Source: a virus. From it: a stretch of DNA of 64,000 nt. Positions 47,582 to 56,789 of the stretch are shown one piece after another (position 1 is the first letter of the stretch; each line of letters begins with the position of its first letter). The notes below the pieces were generated by a model that saw nothing but the letters and a program-made list of their open reading frames with translations, did not search any database and was not told the DNA's origin. The position numbers and the translations under genes are program-made. The stretch is taken from IMG/VR virus record IMGVR_UViG_3300039208_000195, positions 351 through 64,350 of that record, one strand, 5' to 3'.

Positions 47582-48112
47582 ATGAGCGATAAGAAACAAT
47601 GGCACTCTTGGGTAATCAAGAGGAACAGATATGAGAATGTTATCGGGCACATAAGAGAGAACGTCCCCGAAATCGACAAGTATTTTTACCCTCTCGTCAA
47701 GAAAGAGTACCAAACGAAGAGAGGTGTTCGTGTGAAGGATAGACCCCTATACGAGGGATATCTCTTTGTTCGTTACGACAACCATGACGAAGTATTTCAC
47801 AAGATGAGCCAGTATCCCTTCGTAACTACATACGCAGGGCTTGTTTCAGATGACGAGATTGCCCACATGCAGGAAGCGCAGGGCAAGCTCCTGACGGAGA
47901 TTAAAACCAGTAGGTTTACTCCTGACGAGACTGTGGTACTTCTCGACGGTCCTTTCAAGGACTTCGAGGGTAAGGTCACAGCCGTTGAAGGGGACGTCGT
48001 AAAAGTGCAGGTGGACGCTCAGCTGCTCGGCAAAGCTGTCGAGATGGTTTTCCAGGAGGATTCTCTGGAGCGAAAGAGCGAACTGCAAAACACTGAAGTA
48101 CAGGACATCTAA
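47582..48112 (+). CDS. nusG: NusG/RfaH-family transcription elongation factor
   Basis: NGN domain (PLYEGYLFV) plus KOW motif (DETVVLLDGPFKDFEGKV). Confidence 0.88.
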   Translation: MSDKKQWHSWVIKRNRYENVIGHIRENVPEIDKYFYPLVKKEYQTKRGVRVKDRPLYEGYLFVRYDNHDEVFHKMSQYPFVTTYAGLVSDDEIAHMQEAQGKLLTEIKTSRFTPDETVVLLDGPFKDFEGKVTAVEGDVVKVQVDAQLLGKAVEMVFQEDSLERKSELQNTEVQDI

Positions 48113-48113
48113 A

Positions 48114-48557
48114 ATGCCAAGAGGACGCAAACCCGGATATAAGCATTCCGATGAGACCAAGGCTAAGATGCGAGAGGCCAAACTCGGTAAGACTCGTTCT
48201 GAAGAGGATAAGGCTGCTATCTCGCAGGCTCGTCGGCACTCCGATCTAGAAGCCCGCTGTATGCAGCGGTTTCTGGAGATGAGAGCGGAGTATCCTGGCT
48301 GTGAGGATTTTTTCGATTCGAATAAAGCCAAACTTCTTTTTGCGATGCGTGACATCAAATCCGAGAAAGAATTACGAGACATCAGAAAGTATATTGAAAC
48401 CACACACTTAGAAGATGTCCCACAAGTATGCTTGCAGTACCAATACGACAGCACGTCGATCTACGAGCAAGAAAGAGCTATGGTAGACCTAATTGATGCC
48501 GCAAATTTCCTCAGGAAGACTCTCAGTACCAAAGACGAAAACCTTCTACTTCACTGA
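48114..48557 (+). CDS. NUMOD3-motif DNA-binding protein
   Basis: GYKHSDETKAKMREAKLGKTRSEEDKAAIS; no nuclease motif recognised. Confidence 0.7.
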   Translation: MPRGRKPGYKHSDETKAKMREAKLGKTRSEEDKAAISQARRHSDLEARCMQRFLEMRAEYPGCEDFFDSNKAKLLFAMRDIKSEKELRDIRKYIETTHLEDVPQVCLQYQYDSTSIYEQERAMVDLIDAANFLRKTLSTKDENLLLH

Positions 48558-48575
48558 AATACTTAGACAAACTGC

Positions 48576-48604
48576 TTGTCTATTTAATTAACTGCCTTTA
48601 TAAT
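48576..48604 (+). promoter_or_regulatory. sigma70-type promoter upstream of terS
   Basis: TTGTCT-17 nt-TATAAT. Confidence 0.65.
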
Positions 48605-48644
48605 GAGGGGTGAACTGTCTACAGTTGACCTCCTCTTTATCTTT
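48605..48644 (+). terminator. terminator-like hairpin/palindrome overlapping the terS transcription start
   Basis: GAGGGGT-g-AACTG-tcta-CAGTT-g-ACC-t-CCTC followed by TTTATCTTT. Confidence 0.5.
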
Positions 48645-48658
48645 GTACGGGAGGATTC

Positions 48659-49312
48659 ATGGCAAAGAAACCAGAGATCGATTCTGAGGAACTGGATAAG
48701 AAAGCCCAGGAAGACCCCGGCAGCAAGGGGTATAATAACCCTAACAGCCGCAAGAACTTAAGACAGTATCGAGAGCCTGTCGTCCCTGAAGTCCTTGATT
48801 CAGATGGGGAGGACGACGCACAGGCACAAGAGATTACAGCAGGGCGGAAGCTAAGTCCGGCTATGATCAAGAAGTTGATTCCTCAACGGGGAGTATTCAC
48901 ACCTGCAGAGAAAAAACGATTCACAGGAATCGTGGTTCAGTATCTGACAGACTTTAAGAACGAGGAACCTACAGCAGCTGACGTAGACGACATCTTTGAA
49001 ATTGCTAAGAGCGATATTCTCGAAATGAGACTGCTCCAATCTACAAAGAGCGATCCACAAGGCCATATTGCCGTAGCGCAATCACTAGAGAAGATTTACA
49101 AGAGAAAGCAAACTGCTAAGGAAAATCTTTCTAACCGCAGAGTAGACCGAAAAGACTCCAGAGCCAGTTCGGACGTCAACATCGTAGACCTAATCGTGCA
49201 ACACGACAGGCTATTGAAGAGCCAGCAGCAAGAAAAGGTACAAGCCCTTCTAGCTGAGGAAGAAGAGACTGCCGCACAATTAAATAAGGTTCTGGACGAT
49301 GACGGATACTAA
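48659..49312 (+). CDS. putative terminase small subunit
   Basis: Directly upstream of and coupled to terL; NPNSRKNL motif. Confidence 0.65.
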   Translation: MAKKPEIDSEELDKKAQEDPGSKGYNNPNSRKNLRQYREPVVPEVLDSDGEDDAQAQEITAGRKLSPAMIKKLIPQRGVFTPAEKKRFTGIVVQYLTDFKNEEPTAADVDDIFEIAKSDILEMRLLQSTKSDPQGHIAVAQSLEKIYKRKQTAKENLSNRRVDRKDSRASSDVNIVDLIVQHDRLLKSQQQEKVQALLAEEEETAAQLNKVLDDDGY

Positions 49313-51135
49313 TGCTGACAGAAGACGATCCCCAATTTCAATCAGCCGCATCTGATCTGATTGAGTTCTACAGACAATACCCCGAGATAGCCGCAGAGGA
49401 CCTACTGAATATCAAATTATCAGGGATTCAGAAGGTAGTCTTGCGGTCTATGTGGTTCAAGAATTACGTGATGGCGATCATGTGTCGTGGTGCCGGTAAG
49501 ACGTTTCTCCAGGCTGTGCTCGCTTGCTTGAAAGCCATGTTGTTCCCGGGACATCGTGTAGGACTCATCGCCCCTACCTTCCGTCAGTCTAAACTGATCT
49601 TCGAAGAATGCAATCGTTTGTACCAGAGGTCCCCGATTCTACGCGCGGCCTGCGAACGAAAGCCCACCCAACAATCAGACAACTGTTATATCAAGTTTAA
49701 GTCAGTAGCTGGACAGCCTGGTTCATTGGTTCAAGCTATCCCCCTGGGAGACGGACATAAGATTCGTGGTTCCCGCTTCTTTACCATTGTCTGCGATGAG
49801 TTTCCTCACATCCCTGAGGAGATCTTTAACATGGTCATCCGTCCGATGGCCGCTACCGTTTCTGATCCGATGGAAAACGTCGAACGTCTTGAGCGACAGC
49901 AGGTACTTCTTGAGAAAGGATTAATTACTCAGGAGGAAATTGATGCTGAGGGTAGTGCGAACCAAATCATAATCACGTCGTCCGGCTATTTTACGTTTAA
50001 CCATATGTACGAATTGTACAAGGTATACCGGGATGAGATGAGAGCTGGGAACGAGAAGTACGCAGCGTTCCGAGTCCCTTACAGACTCCTCCCACCAGGC
50101 TTCTTGGATAAAGATAATATCGCATCCGCGAAGCGAGAAATGTCGAGCCTCGAATTCCGTATGGAGTACGAGGCTGCGTTCATTCCTGATACAGACGCCT
50201 TCTATAAGGCTTCCCTCTTGGAAGCTTGCAGCAACACAAGTTTCTCAACTCAGGTTGCGGGAGAACATGGAAAGTCTTATTGTTTAGGTATAGACCCTGC
50301 GAGAAGTGAAGACTCCTTCGCTATCTGCGTAGTGGAGATTGGACAACCGGCTAAGATCGTCCACGCGTTGGAGATCCAGAAAATGCCGTTTCCTGAGATG
50401 GCCCGCACCATCGAGAATCTCTGCTCCGCATTCAATGTGACGCATATCTATATGGATTCCCAAGGTGGTGGTATGGCCATCAAGGATATGCTTGCAGAGA
50501 ACCCCACGAGTCACGAAGCTGGTCCGATTTTAGATCCAGATGATGAAGTTCATATGTTGAAGCCCGGTCGTAAGATCCTTACGCTGTGTAATTTCAGCAC
50601 TGATTTCATTTCAGAATCTAACTTTGCCGCTTTGCGATTACTAGAACATCGAGATCTACTATTCCCTAGCGTTCCTAAGGATTACGAACCTAGCCAAACT
50701 CAGGAAGAGTCCTGGCAGACGATCCGAGACATGAAGACTCAGATGCAGACAATCGAGCTGACTGAGACCCCTACAGGAAAACACCACTTCGATGTGCCGA
50801 AGGGTGGCGGACATGGAAAGCAGAAGAAGGACTTGTATACTGCTTTCATGTTGGCCGCTAGGTGCATCTATGATATTATTTGGACTGAGGGATTGCCCGA
50901 CAGCATCCTTCACCAAGGTGGAGTATTTAAAGGTCGCACACGCGACAAGGCACAGGCAGCGGTGGAAGACGCTCTTGGGGGAGACATCCCGCAGGTACTC
51001 AAGGACAAGATTGAAATTGCCCAAGATCCCGAGGGATTCAAGAGACGTATGGTTCAATCTATGTCCCATCACCGTCACGTGCGAACTAGTGGTGCTGCGG
51101 TTTTGACGCCGAAGCCTAAGAAGAAGGGGAGATAA
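49312..51135 (+). CDS. terL: terminase large subunit
   Basis: Walker A CRGAGKT, APTFRQS, Walker B VCDE, TSSG, nuclease LGIDPAR and KKDLYTA. Confidence 0.92.
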   Translation: MLTEDDPQFQSAASDLIEFYRQYPEIAAEDLLNIKLSGIQKVVLRSMWFKNYVMAIMCRGAGKTFLQAVLACLKAMLFPGHRVGLIAPTFRQSKLIFEECNRLYQRSPILRAACERKPTQQSDNCYIKFKSVAGQPGSLVQAIPLGDGHKIRGSRFFTIVCDEFPHIPEEIFNMVIRPMAATVSDPMENVERLERQQVLLEKGLITQEEIDAEGSANQIIITSSGYFTFNHMYELYKVYRDEMRAGNEKYAAFRVPYRLLPPGFLDKDNIASAKREMSSLEFRMEYEAAFIPDTDAFYKASLLEACSNTSFSTQVAGEHGKSYCLGIDPARSEDSFAICVVEIGQPAKIVHALEIQKMPFPEMARTIENLCSAFNVTHIYMDSQGGGMAIKDMLAENPTSHEAGPILDPDDEVHMLKPGRKILTLCNFSTDFISESNFAALRLLEHRDLLFPSVPKDYEPSQTQEESWQTIRDMKTQMQTIELTETPTGKHHFDVPKGGGHGKQKKDLYTAFMLAARCIYDIIWTEGLPDSILHQGGVFKGRTRDKAQAAVEDALGGDIPQVLKDKIEIAQDPEGFKRRMVQSMSHHRHVRTSGAAVLTPKPKKKGR

Positions 51136-53013
51136 ATGTCGAAGGACGTTAAGGACAGCTTGAATGCGAATTTAGAGAATGCCTCCGTCCTCTCACACGA
51201 GGAGGTTGCCCCTGGGCAGCACTCCCTTGAAATTGAGGTAGGCCCTAACGGCAGACCCGCTAAGGAGCTAGCATTTCTGACAGGAGACGGTGCTGAGCCG
51301 AATCCGATGAAGTTCTGGGAGGGTGGTCGTAATATCTCCCGAGACTGGCTACGAAGAGTTGATCTTGATCTACTTATTGGTAAGCCACAAGTTACCCAGG
51401 CACGACCTGAACAGCTTTACGACACAGCAATTAATACGTATCATTCTCAAGGACAGATCGGTACGATTATCGACACCTTGACAAACTTTGCTGCCAAGGG
51501 ATTTAAGAACGACATTGATGATCCTAGCATTAAGCTGTTTTACGATACGTGGGCCCGTGAGATTAATTTTCATGAGACCGTGGAAAAAATCTTTTTTGAC
51601 TTCTTTCGCGTAGGCATGGTACGCACCTTTAAGATTGCAGGAAAATTTGATCCTAAACTAAAGCCAGAAGACTTCGACAAGACAATCAAGAACACCGCTA
51701 AAGCAAATCAGTTTAAGACTACATCTGATATGCAAGAGCTACAAGCACATACAGAGTGGGCTGCTGCTAAGAAAATTTGGTCTAAGTCTTTTGTTCCCCT
51801 TCAATATACAATTCTAGATCCGAGACTAGTTCTCATCCAAGGACCTCTGCTATTTGATCAGACTGAGACGTTCCTTAAGCCTGAAGCTTTCAAAGAGCTT
51901 CGTAAGATGCTTAAGAACCCCTCTAAGCTGACCAAGGAGCAGAGGTCTTTTCTTAACAGCCTACCGAAAGAGCTTAAGGATCAGGTTGCGAAGAACAAGC
52001 CTGTTAAGCTACCTCCGGAGTTGGTAGGTAAGTGCGATTACCGCAGACAGGACTACGAGCGGTACCCAAAGCCCAAGCTTGCTAGGGCTCTGGACGACAT
52101 CCGCTACAAGGAAGAGTTGAAGAAGGCAGATTACTCGACTCTTGATGGTATCACCAACTACATTCTCAAGATTACCATTGGTAATGATGAGCATCCGGTG
52201 ACTGACCAGTCCCAGCTAGAAGCAATCGCTAAGCTGTTTGATACTTCTAGCAAGAGTTTCGACATCGTCTGGAACCACACCCTAGATGTCGAGAAGATCA
52301 CATTCCCTGAGATCGATAACATTCTTGGACAAGGTAAGTTCGAGCAGGTTAACGATGATCTTAGCACGGCGATGGGTGTTACCCGTGCGCTTCTAGATGG
52401 GCAAGTCGCAGGTAATGCTAAGGCAATTGAAGCTGCAACCAAGGCTTTTGCAGAGGAGATTAATTACGCGCGCCGCTGCGTAACGCGGTGGATCGATAAC
52501 GAATATGAAGAAGTCGCTCTTGCTATGGGCTTCACCCGTTATCCCAAGGTTCGATTCGACGAGAATACTCTCAAGGATGAGATTATGCTGATGAGCGTAA
52601 TCCAGGGTATGATTGATCGACGCATCATTTCTTACGAGACTGGTATCGAGAAGCTAGGATTCGATTTCGCAAACGAGTATGCAAACATGATGCAGGAGTC
52701 GCCCGCAGTTCAGGCAGGTGTACTTGGTATCATCGGTTCTCCGTACAACCCCAAGGTCGTACCTGGAGAGGCAGCACCTACAGGAGATGGAACGCCTGGT
52801 GGTAAGCCCACTACCGTTACTGAGAAGGATCTTACTGACTTCCAAAAGAAGATGGATGAATCCATTCAGGGTCTTACGGATCAGATTCAGCAGATTCAGA
52901 GAACACCTAAGGGAACACCGAGCGAGGGTCGCCCCCGAAAGGGACGCGGCAAGCCTCGCGCGAAATCCACAACACCAAACACAAGGCCTAATAAGCCAAA
53001 GAAATCTACGTAA
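51136..53013 (+). CDS. portal protein
   Basis: 625 aa directly after terL; helical; GVTRALLDG and IISYET patterns. Confidence 0.8.
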   Translation: MSKDVKDSLNANLENASVLSHEEVAPGQHSLEIEVGPNGRPAKELAFLTGDGAEPNPMKFWEGGRNISRDWLRRVDLDLLIGKPQVTQARPEQLYDTAINTYHSQGQIGTIIDTLTNFAAKGFKNDIDDPSIKLFYDTWAREINFHETVEKIFFDFFRVGMVRTFKIAGKFDPKLKPEDFDKTIKNTAKANQFKTTSDMQELQAHTEWAAAKKIWSKSFVPLQYTILDPRLVLIQGPLLFDQTETFLKPEAFKELRKMLKNPSKLTKEQRSFLNSLPKELKDQVAKNKPVKLPPELVGKCDYRRQDYERYPKPKLARALDDIRYKEELKKADYSTLDGITNYILKITIGNDEHPVTDQSQLEAIAKLFDTSSKSFDIVWNHTLDVEKITFPEIDNILGQGKFEQVNDDLSTAMGVTRALLDGQVAGNAKAIEAATKAFAEEINYARRCVTRWIDNEYEEVALAMGFTRYPKVRFDENTLKDEIMLMSVIQGMIDRRIISYETGIEKLGFDFANEYANMMQESPAVQAGVLGIIGSPYNPKVVPGEAAPTGDGTPGGKPTTVTEKDLTDFQKKMDESIQGLTDQIQQIQRTPKGTPSEGRPRKGRGKPRAKSTTPNTRPNKPKKST

Positions 53014-53028
53014 GGAGGATAGCAATCC

Positions 53029-55437
53029 ATGGCTGATAAGAATAGCGTAGAAGAGGGTAACACCCCTCTGGACTTCCTCAAGGAACTGAGGGAGTTCGCG
53101 ATTGATTTGAACGAAGATTGTCCTGAAGGACATCGAAAGGACCCCGCAAGTGGGAGATGTCTACCGATGGGTAGTATCGACCACACCGCTGAGAGCCGGA
53201 GCGTCAATGTTGACCACGGCCCAGAGTGGCGCGGTGAGAAGGATAAGACGGAGACTACTACCGTAGTTCCGCGATCCGAGGTCGCGATCGATGCATCTGA
53301 GATGGACGAACCGGAGTCGTGCGCAGCTGGCACGACTTTTTCTTTTATCCAGCGACGCTGCGTAACGTTTGAGGAGGCTGAGGCCGAGACAAACGACGAG
53401 TTCGCTATGACTGAAGACAACGAATACATCGAGGAAGAGGCCGCAGCTCCGGGTGTCGGCGGTCACCAGGAGATCGTTAACATCGATCCTTCCGGACGCC
53501 GAGACACCATCAATTTCCGCTGCCCGCCTAACCAGATGTTCGACTTCAAGCGGAGAGAGTGCATTCCGCTGAACAAGGACACTGTTATGGCTGCAGAGGC
53601 TTCTGAGCTGACTGAAGAGGAGAGGAGTGAGCTTGCTCGTTACCTGCACGGTAAGGTTGCAATGACTTCCCCAGATCCTATTGACGGCCACACTCACCTC
53701 GCCACTCTAGACGCTGAGGGTAACGGTAAGACCTCCCTCTGCGGTTATGGTGATGAGGCTCATTCCCATGATGTATCTGACTATGTTGTCCAGGACCACA
53801 AGGGTAAGGAGTATACTTCCCGACACTTTGGTCACGCAGTACCCCAGGAGGTTTACGAGTACGGCGAGGACGATGTAGCAGTAGAGGCTGTAGCAGAGGA
53901 GGCTGAGGTCGAGACCGCAGCACCGATTACCTCTAAGCAGCGAAATGCTCTACCTGATAGCGCGTTTGGTGTTCCTGGAAAGAGAAAGTTCCCACTAGAT
54001 ACATGTGCACGTGTAAGAAACGCAATGGCTCGATTTAACCAGGCAAAGGATCTTACTTCTGGGGAGAAGGCTTCCCTTCGAAGAAAGATTCTCGCCCGCG
54101 CCAATGCTTGTGATATCGAAGTAACCAATTTTGCAAAGGCTGAGACTGCAGATGAATTTGCCGCAGTCGTTCGTGAAATGATTCAGCCCATCCGAGAGGA
54201 GGCATCCGCAGCGCGCATGGCTTCCTACGAGAGTGAGCAGGCCTCAGGGGGAAACCAGGGTCCTTGCCCACCAGGAATGGAGTGGAGTGCTGAGTCTAAG
54301 CGATGTTCCAAGATGCGCGGATTCTATGACGCTATCAAGGACGAGGCCAACCATGCCGACATTGTAAAGAACCAGCCTGCTGGACGACGTGATACTGTTA
54401 ACCACGACTGTCCTCCGGGCCAGGTATTTGACTTTGGTAATCGCACCTGCATTCCTATGGATACGAATGCTCACCCGGGTCGCCCGGGAGCAACCGCTTC
54501 TGACGAGGATGCAGCACAGCGTGATCTCGCACCGTCCCCAGAGGGACAGCCTGTTCGACTTCCAGTTGACTGCCCTGCGGGCACCATCTGGAGCCGACGT
54601 CGAAAGGAGTGCATTCCTCTAGACAGCAGCAAGAAGACCAAGTCTGCTGAAGAAGAGGCCGCCCTGCCTGAGTTCATGAAGAAGATCATGGAAAAGAAGA
54701 AGAAGGGCAAGGACGGAGATAAGAAGAAGGAAGAGAAGAGCGAAGAAGTAGACGAAGCACAGACTACCCCGAATGGTAACGGTGGCAAGTCGGGTCCAGG
54801 TTGTCCTGAGGGACAGTTCATGAACCCAGTTACCAAGAAGTGCATGCCCCGAAAGGGAGCCTTCAAGGGTAAGTCGGAGACCGAGGAAGCTGATGCCAAG
54901 CCGGGAAACAGAGAAGGACTAACTCCCGCGCCGGCAGGAAAGGTTCAGCACCAGAGCGATTGTCCCCCGGACACCGCTTGGGATGCTAAGAGCAAGACCT
55001 GCCGACCGCTAAGTGAGATGGACAAGAGTCGCCCCAGCGGTAGCAGCCCTCAGAATCCGAAGAGCGTAGCATCTGTAGAGGATGTTGTAGAGAACATGTC
55101 TCTAGCTAAGATCATCGCCGCCCTTGATGAGATCATTGCAGCAGAACTTGCAGAAGGACGAACCGAGAAGGCAGGAATGAAGGTGGCCGCGAAGGATCTT
55201 CCTAACGAAGCGTTCCCACCCTCTCTTGTTAGCACTACTCGCCGAAGCCTGATGCATCACAGCCCAGACGTAACCGATCCTTACGATACCGCGTCCGTGG
55301 ACACTGCGCGACTGCGCAATGCCCTGGCCCGGTCATCTAAGATCGATGGCTTCGCTGAAAAGGCCGTCGCCGACGCACAGGAGCATCTCCTGTGGCACGC
55401 GCGCCAGCTCGTATCGGCTCACCTGGGAAAAGCGTAA
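53029..55437 (+). CDS. head-module protein with eight C-x12-C repeats, HxH cluster and two RNA(M/L)AR domains
   Basis: CPEGHRKDPASGRC-type repeats x8; GHTH/HSH/HFGH; LPDSAFG...RVRNAMARFNQ and LPNEAF...RLRNALAR. Confidence 0.85.
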   Translation: MADKNSVEEGNTPLDFLKELREFAIDLNEDCPEGHRKDPASGRCLPMGSIDHTAESRSVNVDHGPEWRGEKDKTETTTVVPRSEVAIDASEMDEPESCAAGTTFSFIQRRCVTFEEAEAETNDEFAMTEDNEYIEEEAAAPGVGGHQEIVNIDPSGRRDTINFRCPPNQMFDFKRRECIPLNKDTVMAAEASELTEEERSELARYLHGKVAMTSPDPIDGHTHLATLDAEGNGKTSLCGYGDEAHSHDVSDYVVQDHKGKEYTSRHFGHAVPQEVYEYGEDDVAVEAVAEEAEVETAAPITSKQRNALPDSAFGVPGKRKFPLDTCARVRNAMARFNQAKDLTSGEKASLRRKILARANACDIEVTNFAKAETADEFAAVVREMIQPIREEASAARMASYESEQASGGNQGPCPPGMEWSAESKRCSKMRGFYDAIKDEANHADIVKNQPAGRRDTVNHDCPPGQVFDFGNRTCIPMDTNAHPGRPGATASDEDAAQRDLAPSPEGQPVRLPVDCPAGTIWSRRRKECIPLDSSKKTKSAEEEAALPEFMKKIMEKKKKGKDGDKKKEEKSEEVDEAQTTPNGNGGKSGPGCPEGQFMNPVTKKCMPRKGAFKGKSETEEADAKPGNREGLTPAPAGKVQHQSDCPPDTAWDAKSKTCRPLSEMDKSRPSGSSPQNPKSVASVEDVVENMSLAKIIAALDEIIAAELAEGRTEKAGMKVAAKDLPNEAFPPSLVSTTRRSLMHHSPDVTDPYDTASVDTARLRNALARSSKIDGFAEKAVADAQEHLLWHARQLVSAHLGKA

Positions 55438-56312
55438 ACGGATGGTCTGACAAAAGTCAGATTACAAACCCTCAGGAGTTCCATCCACAGTGCAGACCTG
55501 AGGAAATCTTTGATCCCAAATCCGGCTCCTGCATCCCTCTGACTAACGTCGAGGGTGCAGCGCCGGTGGGAACGCTTGAATGTCCAGAAGGTTTCGTTCT
55601 GGACGAGAACATGGGACTTTGTGTTCCTGAGAGTCCTACTGCACAGGCCCGCGAGATTCCTTTCGCGCCTAGGATTAAGGACATTCCTAAGAAGAACCGC
55701 CCGAAGGATAAGAAAGCTCTTGAGCCTATCAAGGACCATGCTGGTGGACTTAACCCCAAGGGTAAGTATAAGAAGAAGTGGAAGAAAAACATCACAGCAA
55801 CTGAGCTTCTAGGACAGATTAAGGGCACCGCCTCTAGTCTTTCCCCGGAGAATTCCAAGCTGCTGGCAAACGCTCTGTTTCACTTAGTGGCAGACAACTT
55901 TGCCATGGCAATCAAGGGTTACAACTTCCATTGGAACGTAGTCGCCCCTACTTTTGAAGATTTGCATGAGATGTTCGGAGACGATTACGAGACTCTGCTC
56001 GCTGATGCCGACGTTATTGCTGAGCGGATTAGAGCCCTAGGGTTCTCTACTGCAGGTAGTCTCGCTGCTTTCTCCCGAGAGACTTCTATTGAGGATCAGG
56101 AAAGAGTTCCTTCTTGGAGAGAGATGGTTTCTGAATGGGTAAGGGATCACGAGCATATGGCGCGTGAGGCCCGAGAAGCTCAGAGAGTAGCGGAGCACGT
56201 GGGGGATAACAACACACTTGCAATGCTAGACAGCATCATCCTTTGTCACGAGAAGCGGGCGTGGATGTTTAAGAGCATGTTGGGTGAAAGCCCCGACCAG
56301 TTCCCTCGATAG
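55392..56312 (+). CDS. dps: Dps (ferritin-like) domain preceded by two more C-x12-C repeats; probably expressed by -1 frameshift
   Basis: NFHWNV-x-x-x-F-x-x-LHEMF...D-x-IAERIRALG; HEKRAWM. Confidence 0.88.
   Translation: MARAPARIGSPGKSVNGWSDKSQITNPQEFHPQCRPEEIFDPKSGSCIPLTNVEGAAPVGTLECPEGFVLDENMGLCVPESPTAQAREIPFAPRIKDIPKKNRPKDKKALEPIKDHAGGLNPKGKYKKKWKKNITATELLGQIKGTASSLSPENSKLLANALFHLVADNFAMAIKGYNFHWNVVAPTFEDLHEMFGDDYETLLADADVIAERIRALGFSTAGSLAAFSRETSIEDQERVPSWREMVSEWVRDHEHMAREAREAQRVAEHVGDNNTLAMLDSIILCHEKRAWMFKSMLGESPDQFPR
55425..55486 (+). other. candidate -1 programmed ribosomal frameshift signal
   Basis: G_GGA_AAA in the zero frame, 8-nt spacer, GGATGG/CCATCC stem enclosing the TCTGAC-AAAA-GTCAGA hairpin. 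Confidence 0.75.
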
Positions 56313-56344
56313 GAGGGTAATAAGCCGAGGAGGGCAGCAGCCTT

Positions 56345-56590
56345 ATGTGGGATATACTAAGCGCAGTTTTCCAAGCACATGGACTATTCGCCCTTTTCTC
56401 CGCATTAGAATTAGCTGCCCTGGTTTATTTGTATAAGCAAAACCAGAAGAAGCAGGAGCAGCTGTTATCTCTCTACCGCGAGAGGGTTAAGGATGTGACC
56501 GAGAGCAAGGAGCGTTACGAAGAACTCGCTCACAAACTTGACGATTCTATTGACCTTCTGATTAAGGTCTTTAAGCGGAATTCAGATTAA
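56345..56590 (+). CDS. small membrane/coiled-coil protein (holin-like)
   Basis: One TM segment followed by heptads. Confidence 0.6.
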   Translation: MWDILSAVFQAHGLFALFSALELAALVYLYKQNQKKQEQLLSLYRERVKDVTESKERYEELAHKLDDSIDLLIKVFKRNSD

Positions 56591-56591
56591 A

Positions 56592-56789
56592 GTGGAGGAT
56601 AGAAATCCAATGCAGAACATCGAAGCTATGGAAGCAGAAGTGGTAGAGATTAAACGAGCTGCTAAGTCTTGCAGGGATAAGACCCTTACCAAGCTAGACG
56701 AACTATACAAAGTTCTTACAGAGGACGAAGAAAACTCAGAAGAGAACACCGCCTCGGCGACCGCCGAAGCCGAGTTGGGAGGACAATAA
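56592..56789 (+). CDS. small acidic protein
   Basis: Coupled ORF. Confidence 0.55.
   Translation: MEDRNPMQNIEAMEAEVVEIKRAAKSCRDKTLTKLDELYKVLTEDEENSEENTASATAEAELGGQ

Noticed and set aside
47557-48659. RfaH ops element (GGCGGTAG) near the NusG paralogue
   Set aside because: Not found in either leader; any loading site must be a different sequence.
49312-51135. Intein or intron in terL, given the adjacent NUMOD3 and the HNH gene in the window
   Set aside because: terL is continuous with normal motif spacing; the HNH at 37371 is stand-alone with its own promoter; the NUMOD3 gene has no visible nuclease domain.
53029-56312. Calling the C-x12-C repeats chitin-binding (CBM14) or EGF domains
   Set aside because: They resemble only the last two-Cys hairpin of such domains and lack the full 6-Cys pattern, so no family name is assigned.
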